From positions 14,190,124 to 14,254,123 of the forward strand of contig CM119265.1 in NCBI GenBank assembly GCA_051294375.1: a DNA stretch of 64,000 nucleotides. Direction: 5' to 3'. Positions 11,104-46,000 of this stretch are shown one piece after another. A program made the position numbers and the translations under genes. Source of the DNA: Paraspadella gotoi. Taxonomy: Eukaryota; Animalia; Chaetognatha. The stretch's first letter is position 1; each line of letters begins with the position of its first letter. The notes beneath the pieces were generated by a model that saw only the letters and a list, made by a program, of their open reading frames with translations, did not search any database and was not told the origin of the DNA.

Positions 11104-13461
11104 ACAGATGGACGAGAGAAGCATCATCATCCGACAATGACTGACGACGACTCGCACGAATTTCTCATCTTTCGAGTTGTACCGACTTTTTGTTTGTCCT
11201 TCTAATTAATCGACCAGACGGACGGACTTCCTGTTTACTCTTGACCCAGGGAAATTTCATCTTTGCTGGGAAGATTTTGCAATTACCTTTTGTCAAAAGA
11301 GGGAAATTCCTCGCAATTCGTGGTCATCTTTCCCTCGGACGTATAAATGACTCAATCTCAGTCAAATTCTCTGTGCACCGGATGCGGGCGCCGATGATTT
11401 TTTTCTTTCTTTCTTTCTTTTTTTTTTTTTTGTTTTGTTTCCCGATTCCTTTTCATTTCGAGTTGAGATTTTGGTTTTTCGTTTGTAGTGTGAGAATCTC
11501 TGTCGACCCTTAAAAATCTCGACCTTGCCCCTCTTTTTTTTTTCACAGCGTCCACTTTTTATGTTTTTAAGTTTAAGACTTCCCCTATTTTTCGGTTTTT
11601 CTTTTTCCAAATCCTTGACACTCCGTTCATATGTTTATTTTTGTGTGGCTTTTTTGTCGTCGTTATCGTCGTTGTCGTCGTCGACGCCGGCATTTACGCC
11701 TCATTTTCGCGTTTCCTCCCACGAGACCAAATAAAGAAAACAAACTTATAGACTAAAATTTTTTTTCGAGTGAATCAAACAAATGTTTTTATTTTTTTGT
11801 ATTTTTAGGAAAACGCTTGGCAGGCTGACAAGCGAAATTTTAATCTTGTTTAAAAAAATTTAAAGATGTAGTCTGTTAGGAGTATGCAGCGGAAAATAGA
11901 TTTTTTTTTCAATTTAATGCGCTTATATGTCATCTTTAATAACTAAACAATTACCTTTTTTCTTTGAATTTGACTTCGCATTAAATCACAATTGATCCGA
12001 ATTTCGCATCATCATCCTTGGCCAGCAAAAAGCAATCTTTCGAACTTTCCAAACTAATCAAAAACTATTTTAAGTTAATTGTTGTATGCTACATGTTTTA
12101 AAATTCAAACATAAATCATTGCCTTTTTGACTCAATAAATAGATAACAATCAAGCTCTTATTAAAGTCTATTTTTATGAGCGTCACCGCTCAGTATCATT
12201 TCCTATTTTATGTTGTTTATCAAACAAAACAAAAAACGGTTTCGATTAAGTTCGACCTCGTTCTACTTTCTTTTCAGCCTACATATGTTTAGCCATCGCT
12301 TCCTTTGCTTGTCTTCGTCTTGTCCTTGATTCTTTTCCCTCCGACTCGAAAATTTCGTGCGGCTTTTTTTTTTTTCTACCTACTGTAATCTCTTTTAATT
12401 AAATCCAAACCTCAAATTTCTTTATCATTTGATTACTTTGGATTTTCTGACGCTAACTCTGCACACAAAGACTTCCAAATACAAGTAAAAACTTATTTTC
12501 TCTCCATATCAAAATAATTTTCTACATGGTTATAGAAACTTAATTCTTTATGATATACGTCGCGTTATTGGAATTAGAGAAAAGTTTTAGCAACGATTTT
12601 ATGTTTCGACGTTAGCTTCAAGTCTTCATAAAAACTGCAAAATAAATCGTTGCTAAAAAAAAAAAATTCAAACATCTGTAAGATATAAATATCCTACAAA
12701 CCTCTGAGACCGAAAGATTATATAGTTATAAATAAAACCTGAGATAACCTTAGCAGAATAGGTTATCTGAAAAATCGTATAATTAATGAAAACGATGCTT
12801 TTATCTTCAAACCATCTTCGACCGCGACGTCTATGAAGAGGACGATAACGAAGACGACGACGAAAACGACGACGTGGCCGTCGTAAAGTCCTTTGGCTAA
12901 ACACGGGCATCAGCGACGAGTTGAGTCATGCGTTTTGACTGTTTGGGGGGGGGTGAGAGGGAGATGGGTTGAGGAGGAAAAAGAGGAAGCACGTGTCCTC
13001 CGATTCGTCGTGCGAGAGAAAAGGAGCCTCCGTATCGCGTCCTTCACGCGCATTGAATTCGTTCCCTCCGAAATCTGCCCTTTCTGATGCGAAATAATCT
13101 TCGGCCGAAATCTCTTTATCGCTAAATTTCTTTTCTTTATTTTTTTTTATTTCTTTCTTTCTCTCTCATAAAAACGAATTGCATTTACGATATTTTATAT
13201 TTATTTCATTTTATTTTGGTTTTGTTTTCCTTTGTTTATTTTACTTTACTTTTATTAATGTTTACATTTTCTGCAACGTTTCTCTTTGTTGTAACTTTTT
13301 CATCGACAAATTTTGTTTACATTTCTTTGTTTACCTTCAGACTCCGCAGGATGACCTACGAAAAAGCGTTTGGCTCGTGACTGGATACTGGATAGCGTCG
13401 TCCACCGCAAAAAAAATAAAATTAACCGAAAAATAAAACAAAAACAAAAGAAACAATTACG

Positions 13462-13959
13462 ATGTGTTACGTCATCGTAACCTGTCGATCCCTTCTGTGG
13501 ATGCTGCTGACGATCTCGGCGGCGCTGGCCATGATTTCCGCGGTGATAACGCCCAAGTGGCTCATCGGTGAGTGATGTGAGCCCGTTTTGGCAAAACGGG
13601 CGAGTTTATTTGTCTCGGTTTAGGTCTGGTCGTAACTCATAAGAGCCTAGAAAGGACGTAAATGACGCCGTAAATATCTTTGAGAGATACGTATCTGATC
13701 GGCGAACGGATGACGCACGGTAGACGCTCACTTTCCGTTCAAATCGATGAGTTGGTAGACGTAGTATGAAATTTTGCGAGTTGCTTTGCTTCCGCTCATA
13801 CATACATGTACATTGTACAATACATACACACATCACTCTCATGCATGTTCTCTCTTCCATAATCTCTCCCCATTTCTTTCCCAATATTCTCTTCATTTTA
13901 TTTCCTGCTTCGTAAAATGCCTTCCTCTCTCCCTCCTCACTTTTTCTCACTTCCCCTGA

Positions 13960-14027
<68 letters not shown>

Positions 14028-14949
14028 GAAGCGTTATATCTAACAAAAACGTTTGTAAGCTTTTACTTGACCACAGCGCGTCCAACTCCTACCTCCCTTT
14101 ATCTCCCTCAGGCTATCCGCGTTCCAACTTCCGCACGCCCGTCAACCCGAGCTCGGTTCGCCCTCAATTCGAGAAGGAGATCCTCGACTCGATCGCCGGC
14201 TCCTCCGAACTCGCGCTTTCGCTCGTTTCCACCGACGATAGCCAGGGGCGAGGCGAGGCACGAGACTCCTACCGCCCCACCCTCGGCCTCTACAACCGCT
14301 GCACCGTGATCCACCACGCCGACTTCCGCGGCGTGTCTTCGCAGCGTCTCCGCGAACACTGCGCCCCTTTCGTCGACTCCTTCGACATGCCCGACCGCGT
14401 GTTCCCGGACTTTTGGAAGGCGGCCATCGTCTTCTTGGGCTTGGGCCTGACTCTGCTCTCGGTGACAGTTCTTTCTAGCTTATTGGGGTGTTGCTGCAGG
14501 AGCATCTGCAAGAAGAGCATATTCACGGTGTCGGGGTTGGTGCAAGCCATCGCAGGTCGGAGGAAGTAAAAAAGTTTTATAATGCCTGGTATCTTTTTTA
14601 ATAAAACTTTATTTTATTTCTCAGGCCTGTTTTTCATTTTCGGACTCGTCATGTTCCCCGCTGGTTGGGGAAACGAGAAGGTTAGGGATTACTGCGGCCA
14701 AAACGCTGCGCCATTTGTCTTGGATCAGTGCGATCTGGGTAAGTTTTTTCAACCATTGACGAATCTCCAATGGCGCTTTAAACCGGAACCGATCCCTGTT
14801 TTCAAGGTTGGGCCTTTTACGCCGCCATGGGCTCCACGTTTCTGGTTTTCGTTTGTTCGATCCTCTCCGTTCAAGCAGAGATTTCGACCTCTAGCGACGA
14901 TGTGCAGGATGAAATTCTCAAGGGGAAGACGCTCATTTGTTTGCCATAA
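13462..14949 (+). CDS. LHFPL2: LHFPL tetraspan family member, LHFPL2-like
   Basis: Exons 13462-13567, 14112-14555, 14625-14738, about 14807-14949. N-terminus [16 protein letters not shown]...KWLIG, motifs [52 protein letters not shown] and C-terminus [25 protein letters not shown] match the LHFPL2 subfamily as I recall it. Confidence 0.93.
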
Positions 14950-15728
14950 TAATTATACGATTCATTCTCTGAAACAATATGAATATAGAATCATCTTATG
15001 TTGAAATGTGCCGGTCATTTTTATTGCAACCAGTGGAGACTTTTTTTGATGTGTACAATTTCAAACCCAGTATTTAAAATTTCAAATAAATCATTTAATT
15101 ATATTAAGCTCCACTACCAATTTTACGCCATTATGTTGCATTAAGACAAACGAATATATAGATTTGCTAGGTATTTTTTTATTTTACTCAGACAATGAAC
15201 TTTGTAAATTAGCTTTTTGTACATTATTCTCAGACTAGTAAGCTATTTGAATTATAGTTTGAATGGCATTATTTGCTGTTTACAATTGCATTGATACTGC
15301 AAATGCCGACTTGTCACGTTTCCATTCTCAGGAACTTATTTATTAAAATTTTGATTTGATTTTAATGTATAATTATTACAATATTAGTTTGTTGTAACTG
15401 CAATTTGTATTATTTTGCTATAAAACTACAAGTAATAAATTCTTGATTCGTAATTTGTTTGTTTGTTTATGCCACTTAAGAATAATCAGAAATCCATCAC
15501 GCATAAAACGGCGGCCCTTGTTACAGTTTGTAAGACGACTTACAAAAGCTTTGAAGTTATTTTGGCTTAAAAATTGTTAAATGAAAAAAAAAAATTTTTA
15601 AATGTTTGTTGACAAATTTTTTACTTATTCTCAAACAAATCAAATTTAGTATTTGTTATATTAGCAACAGAACAGATGAATATCAAAATTAGTATTTCAC
15701 ATAATAACAACGAATGAAGGTTACAAGG

Positions 15729-38599
<22,871 letters not shown>

Positions 38600-39581
38600 C
38601 TTAGTCGATCCGTTTGTATAAATATATGACATATATAAGATTTAATCAAGGTTTAAAAACTAAAATTTTTTCCGACTTTTTATTTTCGATTGTAGAAAAA
38701 TAAGTTCAACTCCTCGTTTGTGTTTTGGGTGACACTTTTTTTTAATCGATAGACGCGACGCGACATCGAGCCCAGATTCGTCTCTTTCGCTCCGAAGTGG
38801 AAATCGTCTCGGCGATTTTCCGATCAAAAAAAAAATTCAAAAATAGTATCACTCATTAAGTTATGAGTCAACTTTATCAATTGTTAAGTTTCTCCGATTG
38901 TTAACAACCGAATCATTCGTACGCGAAAAGAGAAGAAGTCTGGAAATCGTCCCGAATAGTTTGTTCCTCGTCGTCATGGCGACCATGAGGACGAAACCCG
39001 CAATTTGAAGAGGACGGAGACACGAGACATGGGACGAGGGGGTGGGTGGGTGGATGAGGGAAGCCAAGGTGAGGCATTCCTGGCGAATACGGAGATTCTT
39101 TCGAATCCGACGCACGAAAAAGAATGGGCAGGGGAATTTGGGTCGAGGACGGTTAGAATTCTGCCAAAGACTATTGACACGACGAGACCCCAAGTTATTT
39201 CTAATAAAGATGTTATGAAGCAATCTTCCTCGTAAGTTACGTGATCACTGATCAATCTTTCTCTTTCTCCGATTCAATTAATTTTGTTACTTCGATAGGT
39301 CCATTTGACCATTTTTCTACAGCTACAGCAAGCAAGCTATAGTTTTAAAATAAATAGTTCCTCTATAATTTATTAAATTCTAGCTTTGCAATTAACTTGG
39401 GGACTCGGTTGATATCCACTTGTGCATTTGTGATTCCTAACCTTTCACCTTTATTTATTTCGCAAAAAAGTAAGTATAAGATAATTTCCAGAATTATCTA
39501 GTATCTTCAAACTGCCAAAAATGACCCTATGATTCCACTCTTCATTACTAAAAGCAACTGAAAGAAAATTTTGAATAAACT

Positions 39582-39691
<110 letters not shown>

Positions 39692-40090
39692 CGCGTAGAA
39701 AGAATAATGGCCCCGTTAGGCGCATACACCCGCGAGACTCCGGCCCCGGTTCGAGGTAGCGAGAGCGCATCAGTTGATGCCTTCTTTTGCAATCGCAAAT
39801 GAAAAACGAGAAAGTCTCTCGGTTCCGTGGCACCCTAGGATTGGAGATACAAAGAAAAAAATTTTATCGCGTTTTCCTCGAAATTCATGTTTTGTTAATA
39901 AAAGGTAAGCATTTATTGTCTCACGTTCTCTCATCGTTTAATTATATATGCGATTTTATTCGAATACAACAAGGTTGAATAGAAACTAACTAAAAGAAAC
40001 GCTGATCAGATTTAAAATTCTGTGCTTTTTCTCTCCCACTGCTCACAACATTCCCTGTCTGCGGTTATTCCCACTAGCAGAGCCAACCCC

Positions 40091-43000
40091 ATGGAAGTGA
40101 CCCACAATGAAGGAAAGGAGGAGGCTTCCAAGGAGGCGAGTGACTCCGAAGACGAGAGCGAAATCCTGGAGGAGAGTCCCTGCGGTCGATGGCAAAAGAG
40201 GAGAGAAGAGGTAAGGAATGTGGTGAGGTGGGGGAGATGGCAGAAGATGAGAGAAGAGGTAAGTAATGTGGAGAATTGGGGGAGGTGGCAAAAGAGGAGA
40301 GAAGAGATAAGGGATGTGGTGGGATAGGGGGAAATGGCAAAAGAGGAGAGAAGTAGGGAGAGATGGCAAAAGAGGAGAGAAGAGTCAAGGTGGTTGGGTA
40401 GATAGCAAAGGAGTGATGAAGGCGAGGTGGTGAGGTGTAGGAGATGGCAAAAGAAAGGATAAGTGGTAAGACAGGTGGTATTCCGAAAACCAAAATGTCA
40501 GACGCTTGAAGTTGAAGATAAGTTTTATTCATGTCATCACTTCATTCAAAGCATCATTTTACTATATCTGTTAGGTTTTCCTACTAAACCTAGGTGCGGG
40601 CTATTCTTTTTGTATGACTTTAAGCATTATAGACGTTTAGCATCATATATAGTTGTAATATAAACGTAACATAACGAAGTATAAACGTTCAAAATAAGCA
40701 AATATCCCATTCTTTAGAACCATAATGAATTCGCGTAATAAAACCGTAAGGACAGCCGTAAAGCATCAGAAAAAGCGACCGAAAAGGGATCCGAGAAAGC
40801 AGCCGCTGGACTGTGAAACAGATTATATAACGATTTAATATAAAATGTTCGAATTATAAACGCAATAAAAACTTATTAAAAACGAATTAAGAACCATATA
40901 AACGGACCTAGTATACACGTCGAACTTTATAAAAATTTGGCGATTACATAAGCATAAAAATATACATTTTAACTTTAGAAATAAACGGCGTTGCATAAGC
41001 AGAGAATTTGGCATTAAATTCGAAGCAGCAATAAACGGTAACGTGCAGTGAAATCGTCTGTGAACCGAATTTAAAAAAATAGGACGAGAGAGAAAAAACT
41101 GGTCTCTCGCGAAAGCGGGGCAAACAAAAGATCAGAACGAAGTGACACTAGTCAATGACTAGTATGACTAGTAGTCACACTACGTTTACGTTGAATACTA
41201 TGAATAGGTTATTCTGTCTTTTGTCAAGTGTTTGTACAAATACAATGAACACTGAACACACTTTACCTAATTAATTAATTAATTAATTAATTAATTACGG
41301 AATTAAAATTTGCCATTTTTTCTTCTTTCAAACTTGTTGGCAAACGTAACACTTTCCATCACGCACGAAGTAGAAATCGAAGGTTCGGCGACATCCTTCG
41401 CAAAGAGAGACTTTCCAACCGGTCGTTCCCGCCAAACCGAACTCGATAAACAAATCGATCTTTAGCGGCAAATATTGATTCTGTTCGAACTTGTTGAAGG
41501 TTCTCGACGGGAGATCCCGGTAGTAGGCGGCGTAGATCGAGGAGACTTCGCGAGCTTTTTCCAAAAGAGCCGCGAAATCTGGGTTTTTCTTGAAAATTCT
41601 GTAGAGTTGGAAGAGACCCATGGTGTCGGACCGGCAATACTTGATCATCTCTTCGGTGATGGGGCGACTCGACCAGTATTCGCGCGAACCGATCATTTTT
41701 CCTTCCCCAATTTTCTTCTGCTTCGCAAGAGAAGAATCAACTGAGTAGTTTGCGAAGCATTTGCTCAAACCCCATAAATGGTCCACTTTTCCTCTACTAG
41801 TTGTGTCGCGCTCCTGAATTAAGGGGTGAACTTAGGTAATATTTTGCCTGATTAACTGAGCAAAGTGTTACTGAAATTGCCTAGGTAAAAAAATGATTTT
41901 TTTTTAATTAATATAGGCAATTTCTGAATCAAAATATTTTGCTTATATTTATTTTTAAAGATAAATAAAACAATATATTTTCTTTTATTGTTTTAATTTC
42001 GTTATCAACTATATTTTCAATTTGTTATTACTATATTTTAAGCCTAAAAATACTTTTCCCAGATGGCATGAAATATGAGCATCAGCATTAAGTATGTAAA
42101 CTACTTGGCTACTACCAGACCCAGAACCAATAAAATTATTAAAGAAGATTAATTCATTGATAAATAAAAAAATAACAGATAATAAAGAAATTAGTAATAA
42201 CAATAAGGATGCATACATTTAAAGAGATTTGCAATGCAATGTATCCTGATAAGATAAGATTAAAACCTTGATCAAAGATGATGTAAAAATGTACACAAGA
42301 CTCAAGACGCCCAAAAATGTTTTGTATCTTATTTAGAATGTTAAAGCTCATTAGAATTCTTTGCAGAATATGATATGGATTACTCAATACCTCCCTAGCT
42401 GATAATATTAAAAAATTCGAGCTCGATATGGAAAGTAAATATCCTATGGATATGATTTTGAAATAAAAAAATCTAAAAAAATTCTTCTATTTTTTCATCA
42501 TTAACAAAGATTTTAACTCAAAGTAATAAATGACATTCTTGAACATACTGAAAAATGTTTATCTTATTTAAAAACAACTATATAATAGACTCCAACCCCT
42601 GTCTCCAAACACCAAATACCAAACACCAAACATATTTTAGCTATTAATTTTTTTTATAAAATTATTTTATCTTTCATTAAAAACATTTGGGCTAAAACTA
42701 ATTGAATTTAAATGTTGAGCAAATTAAAGTTTTATATTTGATAAAGATTTTGTTTAGAAATTAATACAGAAAATATCCTATTTTGTTATTTTTTTAATTT
42801 TATATAAAAATTTGTGTTTTTTCCTTTCTGTTTCGTTGTGATTTGATTTAGAACAAAGTTTTGAAGAGAGATTTAACAACGATTTTTATTTCATAGTGAA
42901 ACGGACATGTTTCGACTCACATACGAGTCTTCTTTGCAAAATTACTTGTTTCACTATCTTATATTTTTATATTTTATGAATGTTTTACTATTTAAACTTT

Positions 43001-46000
43001 GTGTGTAACTCTCTCTCTCTCTCTTTCTCTCCCTCTTCTTCTTTTGTAGAAAAATTTTTGAGCATTTCACAAAAACTTTGACGCTGATGAAGGCTCAAAT
43101 TGTGAGCCGAAACATGTTTGTCTACCAATAAAAATTGTTGTTGCAATTAAATAATTCGTCTCCTTAATTTATTTAATTTATATTATTTTATTATATATAT
43201 ATTACTTTTTAAAAATATTATTTGCTTATTATATCTAATAACTCATTTTGGGAGGGGGAGGTCAGTGTTGTCTTCTGGAAATAGAAGGAGCATCTATACA
43301 ACACAAGGTTAGACTACAATAAAATACAATTAGACTACAATATTTAATTAAATATCATTTGGCTTCAAATTTTTAAAGATAACCTTTCCTTTTGAAATCT
43401 TAGCAAATTAGATCATAAGTTTATCAGTTATATCTTAGTTTTAAAGATCCTTTCCTCAATTAAAAATTGCCTACTTTTATTCAGTTAACTACTAAGTAAA
43501 CCAAAAAATTGTCTATTACCTATTAAAGAAAAAATCTTTGCCTAAGTTCACCCCTTATCCTGAATACAAATAATAAGTTCAATATTCACAACTGTCAGGC
43601 ATAAAATAGAAGCGTCGTTAAAAATAAAGAAATAAATAAAACCACCGGTCCACCAGCAGTCAATACGAAAAAGACTCAATTCCAATCTCACAAACCTTGT
43701 TTGGGTTAATTTAATAATTAAATCATAAATTTTTATTAATTTTTAATAATTTAATCATTAAATCTTAGGAATTGTTTATTGTTTGCCAATACAACGATTT
43801 TTATTAAATAAAAATCGTTGTATTGGCAAACAATAAACAATTCCTAATATTCACTTAGCAACGAAAAGAGATTTTTTATTAATTTTTTATTTTTATTTTT
43901 TATTTTTAATTTTTTATTAATTTTTANNNNNNNNNNCAGTCAATACGAAAAAAAGACTCACTTCCAATCTCACAAACCTTGTTTGGGTTAATTTAATAAT
44001 TAAATCATAAATTTTTATTAATTTTTAATAATTTAATCATTAAATCATAAATTTTTATTAATTTTTAATATTTTAATCATTAAATCATAAATTTTTATTA
44101 ATTTTTAATAATTTAATCATGAAATCATAAATTTTTCGACGGAACATGCCGGTGTAATATTTTAAATCTTTTACAAAACACTTACGTTCAAATGTTTGGT
44201 CCGATTTCTAATCGGAACCAAAGAAGTTAACCCTCTCCTCAACAAGATGTGAATAAGTTGAAGATCCAACACTCCCCGCAGCGTCACTCCCCACTGGTGA
44301 TACATCGCGTCCGAGTCGTTGCGGCAGTCGAACATCAGCTTAACAACAGCTTCGTCTTCGAGGATTCGCTTCAGCCTTTCGTCCAAAGAATCAGTCTTCA
44401 GCTCGAGCGTGTCAAAGAGATAAAGCTTCTCCGTCGTAGCGATTGACAGAATGGTGACTTTTCCTTCGCGACTGAGTTTGACCCCTTCGCAGTCGACGGC
44501 GATAAGGCGAGGCTTCTCCGGCGACATTTTCAACACTTTCTCTTGTCGCTTTTCATCGTCGTCGTCGTCGTCGTCGTCTTCGCGTTTTCGTTTGGAAAAG
44601 CTTTTATCCGGAGATTCGGCTTCGGCTGCGGTTGACGGAACCGATTCTGCCACGGTTCCTTCGACCGACGAATCCGACGGTCTGGATTCTGTCGTAGGCT
44701 GCGGCGATGAGGGAGTTTTGCTGGAGTCGCCCGATCGTGGTTCAGAAGATAATACGGTCGTCCAAAAGCTTTCTTGCGAAGGATCTTTTTCCGCTGGAGA
44801 ATTTCGTCCGATATACGCCTCCAACTCCTTGATGGCGAGATCGAGTTCCGAGGGAGACGACACCACCGCGACGTCGGAAGCGGACATTTTTCTTAATTAG
44901 TTTAGCGATTCTGGATCTTAATTTCCTTTAAAAGAAAAATATAATATCTCCGGTCCGAAGTCCGGAAGAAGTAAATAGTAGAAATCAATGGGAATAGTAT
45001 CGAGAGACATGGAATGACCGTCTGTGATTGGTCGGAATGGAATCTTCTTCAACGAATCATCATCCCTAGAAACGGCATAAAACAAGTCTTCGGGCGTCTT
45101 CCCTTACAACCGATATTTTATTTTTACTAGTTTAAAGTAAATAATTGTTCATCTATTAACCTCTTAAAACTTAGATCAACGAAGGAAACCGAGAAAAATA
45201 AAATAATGACGAGACATTTTAAAGATTTTTAGTCCCAAAAATCTTATGACAATCGACAAATAGTAAGCAGACCAAAACCTGATTTGAGGAATGTCGATAT
45301 CTTGTCTTTCTATCTCTTTTTTACTTTTCTTCTTCTTTATACGTAATATGTGCAATATGTGTAATATGTATTGTGTAGTGTTTACTTATATATTTTTGTA
45401 GTAAAAAAGTATTATTGTGATTTAGATAAAGATAAAGAGTTAAGAACAAAATATAAATCACTTTGATTGAAAAAATTATGTCTTCAGCTTCTAAAATAAT
45501 AGTTTTTATTTTAGAAGATTTTTTGTAAAATGTAATGAAAAGTGTTAATTGTAAGTAAAGTATAATTTTCCATCGTGTTTATTATCATGCGTCCACTAAA
45601 AGAGGGAGCAATAAAGTATTGTTAGATCAATAAGCTTTTATCACTCCATTCTACTGTGTACGTATATAAAGGTTAATATAAATTAAACAAGAACCAGTCT
45701 CCGACTGAACTCTAGTCATGCCTCTAGTTAATTACTATTAAAATAAATAATGTAATATTCTATGTAGATTTTGGTTGTAAAATAATGAAAAGTATCATGA
45801 CTAATTGTCTATGAGCAGTTCATTACAATTTTTCGTTTCTGATGAGATTACAAACGAGGCACATTCCTCGTCGTTCGAAGAAAAAATCATACTCTCGCCG
45901 ACAGCCATCGCATTCAAAGACACTCTCGGTCCAAGGCCCCGTCGACCCGAACTCTATGAACAAATCCAACTTGAGTGGCAGAAATCCGTTCTCTTCGAAG

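Noticed and set aside
43937-44135. Regularly repeated ~40-bp units, CRISPR-like at first glance
   Set aside because: Head-to-tail AT-rich minisatellite with no unique spacers, next to an assembly gap in a eukaryotic intron.
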